From an uncultured Candidatus Rokubacteria bacterium (GTDB lineage Bacteria > Methylomirabilota > Methylomirabilia > Rokubacteriales > CSP1-6): a stretch of 64,000 bases of DNA. Location: NCBI GenBank assembly GCA_963754315.1, contig CAVWFS010000018.1, positions 544,001 through 608,000 of the forward strand. Direction: 5' to 3'. This document shows positions 10,178 through 20,901 of this stretch, piece by piece. The notes beneath the pieces were generated by a model that was not told the origin of the DNA, searched no databases, and saw only the letters and a program-made list of their open reading frames with translations. Position 1 is the first letter of the stretch, and each line of letters begins with the position of its first letter. The position numbers and the translations under genes were made by a program.

Positions 10178-10927
10178 TTATCGAAACAGATCCCGTGCCG
10201 GATCGCGTATGAGACTCTTCGAACCCTCCTCACTGGTAGCCAGGGTCAGGCCTCGGACGATGGCGGCCGGAACGCGATCCAGTTTGCCCATGACGGGTTC
10301 GGCCGCCCCCGCCAGCTCGTCGGCAATGGCGATAATCGTGGCCTGGAGCGGCCGGCCGGCCGAATCCAGCTCACCGAGATAGCTTTGCAAGGGCGCGAAG
10401 CCCGACAGCCCGACCGTGATGTTGGTCAGGCCCTCACGCCAAGGCCGCCCGAAAGTGTCGGCGATAAGGACGGCCACCTCGACCTGGGCCTGCAGGCGAA
10501 TCGCCTCTCGAAGATCGCGTGCCGAACGGTCGCAATCCTCGGGGAGGAGCGCCACCGTGTCGACGTCGACGTTGGACTGGTCCACCCCGGCGTTGGCGCA
10601 CACCCAGCCGTGGTGTGTCTCGGTGATGAGGACGCCGCGGTCCATGCGGACTACTCGCCGCGATTCCCGCAGGATGATCTCGATCAGACGGGGATCGCGC
10701 CCGAGTCCGGCCGCCATGGTCTGCGCCACTGCCGAGGGAGTCACAGTATCGAGCCGCAGCAGCCGGCCCTCGGCCTTGGAGACGATCTTCTGACCAATGA
10801 CCAGGACATCGCCGTTGACCAGGGGCGTCTGCTGACGAATGGTGGCGTCCACGATGACACGCGCCAGAGCATCACCTGGACGCACTTCCGGGATGCCCTC
10901 GATCCCGATGACTTCGTAGCGCTTCAT
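10178..10927 (-). CDS. cofE: Coenzyme F420-0:L-glutamate ligase (no C-terminal nitroreductase domain)
   Basis: KIVSKAEG, ANAGVDQSN, DTFGRPWR, DELAGAA, DLFR. Confidence 0.93.
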   Translation of the reverse strand: MKRYEVIGIEGIPEVRPGDALARVIVDATIRQQTPLVNGDVLVIGQKIVSKAEGRLLRLDTVTPSAVAQTMAAGLGRDPRLIEIILRESRRVVRMDRGVLITETHHGWVCANAGVDQSNVDVDTVALLPEDCDRSARDLREAIRLQAQVEVAVLIADTFGRPWREGLTNITVGLSGFAPLQSYLGELDSAGRPLQATIIAIADELAGAAEPVMGKLDRVPAAIVRGLTLATSEEGSKSLIRDPARDLFR

Positions 10928-10932
10928 GGCGC

Positions 10933-11598
10933 CTATGCTCCCAGCGGATGAAGAGTGAGACGGTCGGCGATGGACCACGCGGCGAGCAAGCGTCCGCTCT
11001 CGGTGTCGGGACCATTGCCGAGGAGGGCGCGGAGATCGCCAGGAGTGTCGATGTCGAGGCCAAGACGCGGCAGACGCAACACACGCGCAACCAAACCATG
11101 GCGTGCGGCCGTCGCGAGATGATTTTCGAAGGAGGGCTCACCGAAGGTGAGGGGCATGAGATCTGGGGGGGAGAGGGCGACCCCGTTGGTGCCGAGCCCG
11201 GAGCGGGAGGGCGCGAACGCAGCCCCTGGCGGCCAACCCACGGCGCTCACGAGGGCGCGGATCTCCTCGGCGGTCACACAGGGCACATCGCCGGGCACCG
11301 TAGCGAAGACTCGCGCTCCCCGGCCCGCGGCCTGCGTCTGGGCGTGGGCCACCGCCGCCGTGTGTCCCGCATTGGCCGCTTCCGAGACGATCTCGGCTCC
11401 GAGCGGTCGCGCGGCGGCGATCACCGCAGGGTCACGGGTGACCACCCAGACGGCATCGAGATGCGCTCCGGTCAGCGCGTGTAGGACATCCCGTAGCATG
11501 GCTTGGGCAAGGGCGGCGCGCTCAGCTGGCTCCAGAATCGGGAGGAGGCGTTGCTTGGCGTTGACGAGGTCCTTCACCGGCACCGCCATCACGATCAT
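10933..11598 (-). CDS. cofC: 2-phospho-L-lactate/PEP guanylyltransferase
   Basis: VPVK...AKQRL, GDVP, GTN, FGEPSF...H, DIDTPGDL. Confidence 0.92.
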   Translation of the reverse strand: MIVMAVPVKDLVNAKQRLLPILEPAERAALAQAMLRDVLHALTGAHLDAVWVVTRDPAVIAAARPLGAEIVSEAANAGHTAAVAHAQTQAAGRGARVFATVPGDVPCVTAEEIRALVSAVGWPPGAAFAPSRSGLGTNGVALSPPDLMPLTFGEPSFENHLATAARHGLVARVLRLPRLGLDIDTPGDLRALLGNGPDTESGRLLAAWSIADRLTLHPLGA

Positions 11599-12524
11599 GC
11601 CGGCCCAGCCTCGAGAAGGTGCCGCGCCAGCGCCACCTCGCGTCCGCGGTCCGTCATCAGGATGGGGGCGATCAGCGGCCTGACCCCGGCCTTGTCGAGC
11701 ACCGGCGCCTGCGCTCGGTCTTGCTCATCGAGGGCGAGCGCAGTCAACCAGGGATGATAAGCCGTCGCCACCCCGAGCGGCGAAACATCGAGCCCTCGCG
11801 CCCGCATGAGGTTGGCTGCCGGTCCCGACACGGCGGTACCGGCGATGATTGGACTTACCGCCACGATCGGCGCCTTCGCTGCCCGCAGCGCGGCTACGAT
11901 ACCGGGAACTGCCAGGATAGGTCCGATGGAGGTCACGGGGTTCGAGGGGCACACGATGATGAGGTCGCTCTTGATGAGCCTCTCGACAACTCCCGGCGCC
12001 GGACGGGCCTCGGCCGCGCCTGCGTACTCGACGCCGACGACCTCTACCAGCCCTTTCTCGCGTACGAAGTATTCCTGAAAAGATAGCCATCCTCCCGGCG
12101 TCGCGATGCGCGTGCGGACTGGCTGATCGCTCATGGGCACGATCGGCGTCCGTACGGCGAAGCGCCCGGCAATCTCGGCCGTGACCGCGGTGAGCGTGGC
12201 ACCTGCGCGCAGGGCCTGGGTGCGGACAAGATGAGTGGCCAGATCACGGTCTCCTAGATTGAACCAAGTGGGACCGCCCAGCTCGGCCATCGCCTGCAGG
12301 CATCGGAACGTTTCGCCCGCCAATCCCCAGCCGCGCGCGACATCCAGGCGCCCGGCGAGCGCGTACGTCAGCGTGTCGAGGTCGGGCGAGACGTGAAGTC
12401 CCCAGATCTCAGTGTCGTCACCCGTATTGCCGACGATGGTGAGGTCGGATGCGGGTAGGCAAGCGGCCAGGCCGCGGACGAGCTTGGCGGCGCCCGTTCC
12501 CCCGGCGAGGGCGGTCACCCGCAT
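11595..12524 (-). CDS. cofD: 2-phospho-L-lactate transferase
   Basis: [45 protein letters not shown]. Confidence 0.95.
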   Translation of the reverse strand: MRVTALAGGTGAAKLVRGLAACLPASDLTIVGNTGDDTEIWGLHVSPDLDTLTYALAGRLDVARGWGLAGETFRCLQAMAELGGPTWFNLGDRDLATHLVRTQALRAGATLTAVTAEIAGRFAVRTPIVPMSDQPVRTRIATPGGWLSFQEYFVREKGLVEVVGVEYAGAAEARPAPGVVERLIKSDLIIVCPSNPVTSIGPILAVPGIVAALRAAKAPIVAVSPIIAGTAVSGPAANLMRARGLDVSPLGVATAYHPWLTALALDEQDRAQAPVLDKAGVRPLIAPILMTDRGREVALARHLLEAGPA

Positions 12525-12527
12525 CGG

Positions 12528-13112
12528 TCACTCAGTATCGATGCTGCGCAGAGACCACACGGCACTGCCGCCCCGCCATGCATACAGCCCCTCGCCGGCG
12601 CGGCCGGACAATCCCTCGGGTAGTACGCCTTCTGGAAGGGGAATGAACCCATAGCGCACCCAGATACGATCCAGCCCCTGCGGCTGGGCGAACAGGGTGG
12701 AGGCCCCTGCCGCGACGGCATGATCCAGGATGGCGCCCACGAGCTCTGCAGCAATCTGCAGAGGCGTGTGAGTGCTGACGACCACGGGCCCGTGGAGCAG
12801 GGCGGATCGGCCGGCCTGCTCGGCGACGACGCCACCCACGAGTTCCTCCCCATGGCTGGCCGGCTGAAAGGCGCCCCAGGCGAGAAGGGGGCGCACCTGC
12901 CTCGGCCATGACAGAGCGGCGTAGTCGAACAGACTCCTGACTCGTGCAGCATCATCGAGCGACCGGTACACCAATCCCTGGCCCGACCTGGGTAGAGTAG
13001 CCGAAGCCAGCGAGGTGGCCAGAGCGCCGGCGTCTGCCGAACTGGGAGCGTGGAGCCGCGCCGCCGCGCGCGCGGCGGCCGGTCGGCGCCCCCGCGCGCT
13101 ACTTCTTCCCAA
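12528..13112 (-). CDS. Hypothetical protein with GNAT-like fold (start uncertain, possibly TTG 12974)
   Basis: LVGGVVAE...ALLHGPVV...AAELVGAILDHAVAAG...WVRYGF resembles GNAT motifs; in operon with cofD. Confidence 0.55.
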   Translation of the reverse strand: MGRSSARGRRPAAARAAARLHAPSSADAGALATSLASATLPRSGQGLVYRSLDDAARVRSLFDYAALSWPRQVRPLLAWGAFQPASHGEELVGGVVAEQAGRSALLHGPVVVSTHTPLQIAAELVGAILDHAVAAGASTLFAQPQGLDRIWVRYGFIPLPEGVLPEGLSGRAGEGLYAWRGGSAVWSLRSIDTE

Positions 13113-13386
13113 GCACCGTGTCCTTGAGGCTCTTGGACAGACGGAACTTGCACACGCGCTTGGCCGGGATCTTGATGGGCTCGCCCGTCTGCGGGTTGCG
13201 TCCCATCCGGGCCTTCCGATTGGCCAAGACGAGCTTGCCGAAGCCCGGGAGCACGAACCCGTTCTTCGCTTCCTTGGTGGCGAGGGCCAGCGTCTGGTCG
13301 AACAGCTCAGAGATCTGCTTTTTGGTGAGGTTGCTCTTCTGAGCGAGGTACGCGTACGTCGCCGACTTCGTCATCATTTTGCTCAC
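13099..13386 (-). CDS. hup: HU family DNA-binding protein
   Basis: LPGFGK...RKARMGRNPQTGEPIKIPAK; GGAGG RBS. Confidence 0.95.
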   Translation of the reverse strand: MSKMMTKSATYAYLAQKSNLTKKQISELFDQTLALATKEAKNGFVLPGFGKLVLANRKARMGRNPQTGEPIKIPAKRVCKFRLSKSLKDTVLGKK

Positions 13387-13454
13387 AGGCGTCCCTCCGT
13401 CAGGGCGAGTGAACCAGCGTGAGAGGCATTAATACCACAGGCGCTCCGGGTGGG

Positions 13455-14717
13455 CTACCGAGTCGTGAAGCGGAACTCACCCGACGCGATGAGCCGCCGA
13501 TAGGACCCAAAGCGTGTCTCCGCATTCTCGATCTTGTCGAGGGGCGAATCCTCGTCTACCTCATCGCCGCCCCGCAGGACCGTGTAGAGGGTGTCGCGCT
13601 GAGCGGGTACTCGACCGGCGTCACGAATGAGACGACGAAGCTCGGCGGGAGATACGAGCTGCCCATACTGGGCGCCGGCCGAGGTCGAAATCGACTCGTT
13701 GATGAGCGTGCCTCCCAGATCGTTGGCTCCCACCGCCAGCAGAAGCTGGGCGAGCTTCGGCCCTTCCTTGACCCACGAGGCCTGAACGTTACGGATGCTC
13801 GGTCCCAGCATGAGGCGAGCGAGGGCATGCAAACGGATGACCTCGGCCCCGGTGGCGCCACGCCGCACGTTTGGGACGAGACCCTTGGCGTACATCGGGG
13901 CTTCCTGGTGAATCAACGACAACGGGACGAATTCCGTGAAGCCGCCGGTGTCCTTCTGGATCGAGCGAAGGAGCGCCATGTGGCGCACCCAGTGAGCGGG
14001 GGTTTCCACGTGGCCGAACATGATGGTCGATGTGGTGCGAATGCCGAGGGCGTGAGCGGTGGTGATGACCTCGATCCACTGCGGCACGGTGATGCGACCC
14101 CGGGCGATCAGGTCGCGGACGTCCTGATCGAGAATCTCGGCCGAGGTGCCGGGCAACGTACCCAGCCCCGCCGCCCGCAACTCGGTCAGATACTCGCCGA
14201 TGGAGAGCCCCGAGCGCACCGAGCCGTACAGCACCTCCTCCGGCGAGAACGCATGGATGTGCATGTCGGGCAAGGCGCGCTTAATGGCCCGGGTGAGGTC
14301 GATATAGTAGCGGCCGTCGAGCTTGGGTGGTAACCCCGCCTGGATGCAGACCTCGGTGGCGCCCATCTGGGCCGCCTCTTCCGCACGCCGGACGATCTCC
14401 TCGATGGGCAGGAGATACCCCTCCTCTTCGCGGTGATCACGGCTGAACGCGCAGAAGGTGCAGTGCTTGATGCACACGTTGGTGAAATTGATGTTGCGGT
14501 TCACCACGTAGGTGACCACGTCGCCTGCGTGCTGGCGACGCAGCTCGTCGGCGACGAGGCCGAGAGCGTGGAAGTCGCGTCCCTCACTGTGGGCGAGGAC
14601 GAGGGCATCGTCGGGAGCCAGCTCCTGCCCATCGAGACAGCCGTCCAGGATGCGGCGGACGGTCGGGGAGGCCCACTCGAGCCCGATGCGCGTGCTACCA
14701 GCGTCGCCAGTGCTCAT
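13455..14717 (-). CDS. cofH: FO synthase subunit 2 (radical SAM)
   Basis: VVNRNINFTNVCIKHCTFCAF, LPGTSAEIL, GANDLGGTLINESI. Confidence 0.93.
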   Translation of the reverse strand: MSTGDAGSTRIGLEWASPTVRRILDGCLDGQELAPDDALVLAHSEGRDFHALGLVADELRRQHAGDVVTYVVNRNINFTNVCIKHCTFCAFSRDHREEEGYLLPIEEIVRRAEEAAQMGATEVCIQAGLPPKLDGRYYIDLTRAIKRALPDMHIHAFSPEEVLYGSVRSGLSIGEYLTELRAAGLGTLPGTSAEILDQDVRDLIARGRITVPQWIEVITTAHALGIRTTSTIMFGHVETPAHWVRHMALLRSIQKDTGGFTEFVPLSLIHQEAPMYAKGLVPNVRRGATGAEVIRLHALARLMLGPSIRNVQASWVKEGPKLAQLLLAVGANDLGGTLINESISTSAGAQYGQLVSPAELRRLIRDAGRVPAQRDTLYTVLRGGDEVDEDSPLDKIENAETRFGSYRRLIASGEFRFTTR

Positions 14718-15843
14718 GCGATTCCTCTACGAGACCTTGGCTGTCGATGAGCGCGCGCACCCGCGGCCGCAGCCCTTCGGCCAAGAATTCCGGCCGCGCC
14801 GTGAACTCGGGGTAGATCGCCAGGCGTTCCCGCAGGACGAAACCTTCGCCCTCGGTGGCCCGACACAGATCGCGGATCATCGGCCACGGTCGCTCGGGGT
14901 TGATGTGATCCAGTGTGAGGGGCGAGATACCGCCCCAGTCGTTGAGGCCGGCCGCGAGCAGCCGCGGGTAGACGTCGACCGAGAGGTTCGGGGGCGCCTG
15001 GATATTGACCTCGGGGCCGAGCAGCAGGCGCGCCACCGCGAGCGTGCGCAGCAGCTCGACCAGCGACGGATCCGGCGCCTCGCGCATGGCGATACGGGGC
15101 TTGGCACGGAAGCTCTGGATGATAACTTCCTGGATGTGCCCGTGGCGTTCGTGCAGATCCCGGATGGCGGTGAGGGCATCGATCCGCTCGGCCCGCGTCT
15201 CGCCGATCCCGATCAAAATGCCGGTCGTGAACGGAATTTGCAGCTTACCGGCCAGAGCGATGGTTTTGAGCCGCCGGGCAGGGACCTTGTCCGGCGCCCG
15301 ATCATGGGCCATTCCCGGCGCCAGAAGTCGCTCGGACGCGGTCTCCAGCATCAGGCCCATGCTGACCGCGACCTCGCGCAGAGCGGCGAGGTCGCGCTCG
15401 CCCATGAGGCCCGGGTTAACGTGTGGCAAGAGCGGCGACTCCTGAAGGGTCAGAGCGGCCATGGCTCGCAGGTACCCGAGCGTGGTGCGCTGACCGTGCC
15501 GACGTAGAAACGCTCGCTGCTCGGGGAACACTGCCTCCGGCTTGTCGCCGAGTGAGAACAGGGCTTCCTTGGCGCCGAGGCGGCCGCCGGCCTGCGCGAG
15601 CGCGATCACTTCTTCGGGGGTCATCGTGTGGCCGCCCGCCTCGCCCGGGTCGCGGCGGAACGTGCAGTAGCCACAATAGTCGCGGCAGAAGGTGGTCAAC
15701 GGGATGAACACCTTCGTCGAGAACGTGACGATCCGTCCGCGACCACGGTCGCGGACGTCGCCGGCGGCGGCGAGGAGATCGGGCAGCTCGACATCAGGAC
15801 GGTCGATCCAGGTCCGCGCGGTCTCGTGCGAAATGGTGTTCAC
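14695..15843 (-). CDS. cofG: FO synthase subunit 1 (radical SAM)
   Basis: VFIPLTTFCRDYCGYCTF, PHVNPG, QAPPNL, DWGGISP, INPERPWP. Confidence 0.93.
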   Translation of the reverse strand: MNTISHETARTWIDRPDVELPDLLAAAGDVRDRGRGRIVTFSTKVFIPLTTFCRDYCGYCTFRRDPGEAGGHTMTPEEVIALAQAGGRLGAKEALFSLGDKPEAVFPEQRAFLRRHGQRTTLGYLRAMAALTLQESPLLPHVNPGLMGERDLAALREVAVSMGLMLETASERLLAPGMAHDRAPDKVPARRLKTIALAGKLQIPFTTGILIGIGETRAERIDALTAIRDLHERHGHIQEVIIQSFRAKPRIAMREAPDPSLVELLRTLAVARLLLGPEVNIQAPPNLSVDVYPRLLAAGLNDWGGISPLTLDHINPERPWPMIRDLCRATEGEGFVLRERLAIYPEFTARPEFLAEGLRPRVRALIDSQGLVEESHEHWRRW

Positions 15844-16832
15844 GAACGTTTCGCGCGGCCCGCGGTTGGCGGCCGGCGCCGGGCCAGGTGGGGACGGACC
15901 TCGGTGGCGAAGCGCTTCATGTTGGCGAGGACACCCGCCACGTCCGTGCTGACGTGGTCGAAGATGAAGTGGCTCACGCCGAGAGCAGTGTAGCGTCTGA
16001 TGTCGCCGGCAACTTCCTCAGCGGTACCCTGAAAGAGGGGGCGCTCGCCCGGGGTCGCCTGGGTGCGCGTCGCCCGCACTTGCATCGGTACCCGGAAAGT
16101 GAGGGTGATGGCGTCGGGGTCGCGCCCAGCCGCGCGGGCCACCCGCCGGAGAAGCTCAACCTTGGCCGCGTACTCGTCGGGGAGAAGCTCTGCGGGAGGG
16201 CGAAGGCCGATGGGATGCCAACCATCGAACTGCGCCGCACGACGCACCGCCGCCTCGGTGTGGCCACCAATCCAGACCGGAATGCCGTCCTTCTGCGCGG
16301 GCTTGGGAAGGACATGCACGTCACGCACGGAGTAGGAGGACCCGGAGAAGGTCACGGGGTCAGTTGTCCACGCCGCTTGCATGAGACGGAGATACTCGTC
16401 GGTCACCCGGCCCCGTTCCTCGAACGGCGGCGCCGCCAGAGCCTCGAATTCCTCCCGCAGCCAGCCTACCCCCGCTCCCAGGATGACGCGTCCGCGTGAG
16501 AGAACGTCGATGGTGGACAGCATCTTGGCGACGACGAGCGGATTGCGGTACGGGATGACGAGCACGCTTGTGCCGAGCTTGATCCGCGTGGTGGCGTGAG
16601 CGAGATAGGCGAGAAGCGAAAAGGGCTCCAGGTAGTCCTGGGCGGCGCCGCCGGCGAGCTTGCCCGTAGGTGAGTATGGGTACACGGAGCGCGCCGAGGA
16701 CGCCGGCAGCACCACGTGGTCGGTAACGAAGAGGGACCCGTAGCGTAGGGCCTCTGCCTGACGCGCGATCTTCAGGAGAAGATCGGGGCGGGCGAGGGGG
16801 CCGCGACCGGGAAGGGCAAAGCCGAACTCCAC
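15840..16832 (-). CDS. LLM-class (F420-dependent) oxidoreductase
   Basis: TDHVVLP, LGTSVLVIPYRNP, GAGVGWLREEF, PVWIGG; GTG 16832 with GGAGG RBS. Confidence 0.9.
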   Translation of the reverse strand: MEFGFALPGRGPLARPDLLLKIARQAEALRYGSLFVTDHVVLPASSARSVYPYSPTGKLAGGAAQDYLEPFSLLAYLAHATTRIKLGTSVLVIPYRNPLVVAKMLSTIDVLSRGRVILGAGVGWLREEFEALAAPPFEERGRVTDEYLRLMQAAWTTDPVTFSGSSYSVRDVHVLPKPAQKDGIPVWIGGHTEAAVRRAAQFDGWHPIGLRPPAELLPDEYAAKVELLRRVARAAGRDPDAITLTFRVPMQVRATRTQATPGERPLFQGTAEEVAGDIRRYTALGVSHFIFDHVSTDVAGVLANMKRFATEVRPHLARRRPPTAGRAKRS

Positions 16833-16995
16833 GAGTGTCCTCCGCCTCCAGAGCGCCAGAGCGCGAGCAACGGGACTTATCGTAGGCCTTCCCCGAGTCC
16901 ATTGCAATTGCCAGCCGTCGCGTGCTCCGCTTCCTTCAAGACCGTGCCCACCCATTCGTTGCAAGATGGTGGCCTCTCTGTTATGCAATAGCGCG

Positions 16996-18807
16996 ATGTC
17001 CGAGTTCGACGTGATCGTCATCGGGGCCGGCCACGCGGGGCTCGAGGCCGCGCTCGCGGCCGCTCGTCTCGGCTGCCGAACCCTGCTCTTGACCATGAAC
17101 CTCGACGCCATCGGGCAGATGTCCTGCAATCCCGCGGTGGGCGGCACGGCAAAGGGACATCTGGTCCGGGAGATCGACGCCCTCGGAGGGGAAATGGGGC
17201 GCGCCACGGATCGCGCCGCCATCCAGGTGAAGACGCTGAACGCCTCGCGCGGCCCCGCCGTGCGCTCCACGAGGGCCCAGTGTGACCGCGCGCGCTACCG
17301 GGCGGCCATGAAGCAGACCGTCGAGCGTGAACCGCGGCTCACCGTCCGCCAGGGGCAAGCCGCGCGCGTCATGGTTACGGGCGGTCGGGTGATCGGCGTG
17401 AGTGACCAGCTTGGCGCGTCACACGTGGCGCCCGCGGTGGTGATCACCGCGGGCACGTTTCTGCGCGGTCTGATCCACGTGGGGCTGAACCAGCACCACG
17501 CCGGGCGTGCTGGCGAGTTCGCGGCGATGGATCTGTCCGGTTCTCTGCGCGACCTCGGACTCGCTCTCGGTCGGCTGAAAACGGGGACATCACCGCGTCT
17601 CAAGCGATCGAGCATCGCCTTCGAGGACCTCGAGGTGCGGCATGGTGATCGCGATCCCTGGCCCTTCCACTGGGCGACGGAGACCCTGCCGCTGCCCCAG
17701 GTCGCCTGCCATCTCACCTACACGACACCGACCACGCACGCCATCATTCGCGACAATCTCGACCGTTCGCCGCTCTACGCGGGAACCATCGAGGCCGCCG
17801 GGGTACGCTACTGTCCGTCGATCGAGGACAAAGTCGTGCGGTTCAGCGACCGCGAACGCCACCAGGTCATCCTGGAGCCCGATGGTCTCGAGACGGAGGA
17901 AATCTACGCCAACGGCATCTCCACGAGCCTCCCCCTCGATGTCCAGGAGACCATGGTGCGATCGATCCCTGGCCTCGAGCGTGCGGAGATCATGCGACCC
18001 GGCTACGCCATCGAATACGACTTCGTGCCGCCGACGCAGATGCGTCCGACCCTGGAGTGCCGCGCTGTCCCCGGTCTGTACCTAGCGGGCCAAATCAACG
18101 GGACCACCGGTTACGAGGAGGCCGCCGCCCTTGGCCTGTGGGCGGGCATCAACGCGGCCTCGGCGGTGCAGCAACGCGAGCCATTCCTGCCGGATCGGTC
18201 GGAATGCTATATGGCCGTGCTCGTCGACGATCTGGTGACCAAGGGGACACTGGAACCGTATCGAATGTTCACGTCGCGCGCGGAGTACCGGTTGCTGTTG
18301 CGCGAGGACAACGCGGACCTCCGCCTGACCTCGCACGGCTACCGTCTCGGTCTGATCTCGCGTGAACGCTACGAGGCTGTCGAGCGCCGACGAGCCCAGG
18401 TCGAGACGGAGATCGAGCGCCTGCGAGCGTGCCGTGTGGATGGGACGCAGCTCTACACCATGCTGTGCCGGCCCGAGATGAGCTACGCGGAGCTGGCCCG
18501 CTTCGACGCTGGCCTGGTGGAGGATCCTCAGGTGGCTCGCCAGGTGGAAATTTGCGCCAAATACAACGGCTATATCCGACGCATGCTGGACGAAGTCGCG
18601 CGTTTCAAGAAGGCCGAGCAACGCCTGATCCCCGACGGCATGGACTATGCGGTTCTGCCCGGGCTCTCCACGGAGATCCGCGAGCGCCTGATCGAGGTCC
18701 GGCCCCGCTCGCTCGGCCAGGCGGCCCGCATCCCTGGGGTCACCCCCGCCGCCCTGTCCGTTCTGGCCGTCTGGTGTCATCGAGCTCAGGGATCGGTTCC
18801 TCGGTGA
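16996..18807 (+). CDS. mnmG: tRNA uridine-5-carboxymethylaminomethyl(34) synthesis enzyme
   Basis: VIGAGHAG, MSCNPAVGG, RYCPSIEDK, AGQINGTTGYEEAA, EPYRMFTSRAEYRL. Confidence 0.97.
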   Translation: MSEFDVIVIGAGHAGLEAALAAARLGCRTLLLTMNLDAIGQMSCNPAVGGTAKGHLVREIDALGGEMGRATDRAAIQVKTLNASRGPAVRSTRAQCDRARYRAAMKQTVEREPRLTVRQGQAARVMVTGGRVIGVSDQLGASHVAPAVVITAGTFLRGLIHVGLNQHHAGRAGEFAAMDLSGSLRDLGLALGRLKTGTSPRLKRSSIAFEDLEVRHGDRDPWPFHWATETLPLPQVACHLTYTTPTTHAIIRDNLDRSPLYAGTIEAAGVRYCPSIEDKVVRFSDRERHQVILEPDGLETEEIYANGISTSLPLDVQETMVRSIPGLERAEIMRPGYAIEYDFVPPTQMRPTLECRAVPGLYLAGQINGTTGYEEAAALGLWAGINAASAVQQREPFLPDRSECYMAVLVDDLVTKGTLEPYRMFTSRAEYRLLLREDNADLRLTSHGYRLGLISRERYEAVERRRAQVETEIERLRACRVDGTQLYTMLCRPEMSYAELARFDAGLVEDPQVARQVEICAKYNGYIRRMLDEVARFKKAEQRLIPDGMDYAVLPGLSTEIRERLIEVRPRSLGQAARIPGVTPAALSVLAVWCHRAQGSVPR

Positions 18808-18872
18808 CCCGGAGACGTTTTATCATCTTTGCTTGATCCCAGGCTCAAAAGCGGGCACCCTGACGGCGCGCC

Positions 18873-20317
18873 ATGCGGTTGGCCTCAAAGATCTTCCTGA
18901 CCTCGGCAGTTCTGGTGGTGGTACTTGCGGTCGTCGGCCTCCTGAGCCTGTACGCGGTGGCTCGGCTGGCGTCGGTCAATCGCGAGATCACGACCCGACG
19001 GTGCCTATCGTCCGGCTCGCGTCGACCCTGCGGGACGCCGTGCGCGCGTTGAGCCGCCTGGAGGCGCGTTACGTCATCCGCCGTGACCCCGAGTTCGCCA
19101 CCCTGTGGGACGAGACGGCGGCTCGGGTCGAGGCGGATCTTGTGCAGGTTCAGGCGGCGGTCACGACACAAGGCCAACGCGCGGCCACGGCGGAGGCGAT
19201 CGCCGCGTTCGAGCAGTATCGTGAGCTGGTCGCCGAAGAGCGGGCCCTGCTCGCGCGGGGAAACCGCCAGCAAGCGCTGCGCCTGGCCGATACTGAGGGC
19301 CGCGTGCGGGCCGATCGGATGGACTCGATGCTGGAGAGGTTGGCCAGGGAGACCGACGCGGCCGTGAAGAGTGCCTTGGCCGAAGCCACGCGTCTCGAGC
19401 AGCGGACGTGGACGTGGGTCATAGCCAGTCTCGGCATGGCCGTGGTCTTGGCCCTGGTCGGGAGCGGACTGGTCGCCTTCCGGCTCACTCGGTCATTGCG
19501 GAGGCTGTCCGTGGCGACGCGGGCACTTGCGGAGGGGTCGTTTAGTGCTCCCATCACGATCAAGGACAAGGATGAGGTCGGGGAGCTGGCCGGCTCGTTC
19601 AATGCCATGGCCCAGCAGTTGCGTCAGATCGACGACATGAAAGAGGAGTTCTTCGCCACGATCTCGCACGACCTCAAGTCTCCCCTCGGTTCCATCGCCG
19701 AGGCGGCCTACCTGCTCCGTGACGGCGTAGCTGGTTCCCTGAACCCGCGCCAGGCTCGACTGATGTCTATCATTAACGCCAGTAGCGACCGCATCCTGGG
19801 TCTCGTCAACCGCCTCCTACACCTCTCACGCCTGCGGGCGGGGATGCTGCCTCTCGAGCGTCGGCCCGTCAATCTGGCGGTGGTGGCCGAACGGGCGGTG
19901 GAAGAGCTCCGACCCCAGGCGGAAACGGCCGAGATTACCCTCGAACTCGAGCGTGTAGGCGACGCTTTCGTCGTGGAAGGCGACGAGGATCGCTTGGCCG
20001 AGGTCGTCATCAACCTCGGTGTCAATGCTATCCAGTTCACGCCGAAAGGTGGATTCGTGCGGGTCCGGGTAACGGATGCGGGATCCGAGGTCACCCTCGA
20101 GGTCGAGGATACGGGGATCGGGATCCCCGCCGCGGCGCTGCCAGGCATCTTCGAGCGCTACCAGCAGGCCCGGCGAGACCGCGGAGGAAGTGGCCTGGGT
20201 CTCGCCATCGTACGGGGAGTGGTCGAGGCCCACGGTGGCCGGGTGGCGGTCGAGTCTTCCGACGGCAAGGGCACGCGATTCACGGTGACTGTGCCACGGG
20301 TCGCCGACGCGCGATGA
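18873..20317 (+). CDS. Membrane sensor histidine kinase (TM-periplasmic-TM-HAMP-HisKA-HATPase), GlrK-like; frameshift near 18998
   Basis: True N-terminus MRLASKIFLTSAVLVVVLAVVGLLSLYAV in a shifted frame; SHDLKSPL H-box, DTGIG, GSGLGL. Confidence 0.88.
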
Positions 20318-20901
20318 GGGTGGTGGGCCGGAGATGGGGAGGCAGGGGACTTACCGTGGCGTTGATCGTTGCTCTGGCTCTCGCTGGGTGCCGGGCAGCG
20401 TCCCCTCCCGACCCGCGGCCTGCCGTCCAACCCCGCACCGGCGCCGGTGACAGCGCCGGTACCAGCGGCGGTTCCGCCGCCGATGCCCATGCCCACCGCC
20501 CACACCGGTGATGCCATCGGTCATATTGCTGGCTGAGGCCGACGGGCTACTGTCCGAGGGGAATCACGTCAATGCCGTCCTCGCTTACGAGGATTTCCTG
20601 AGCGCGATTTCCCGACGACACCGCGGCCGCGCGAGTCCGTGCCACGCGCGACATCCTCTCGTCCTTGGAGGAAACCAATGCCGAGGTGCTCCGCTTGCGC
20701 GAGCAAACCCAGGCGGCGGAGCGCGATCTGGGCCGACTGCGGCGCGATCTTGTGGTGCGCCAGGCCGAGGTTGGCCGTCTGCGCCAGGAACTGGCCGAGC
20801 GGCAAGCGGAGCTGGCTCGGCTGACCGAGGAAGCCGATAACCTGCGTCTGGATCTGGAACGGCTGAAGAGCGTGGACCTCCGGCTCGAGCGACCCCGGTG
20901 A
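20314..20901 (+). CDS. Lipoprotein with Pro-rich linker and C-terminal coiled coil, QseG/YfhG-like; about 3 frameshifts
   Basis: Lipobox LAGC; segments in different frames join into a TPR-like helix pair plus coiled coil ending LERLKSVDLRLERPR; start and stop overlap both neighbours. Confidence 0.65.
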
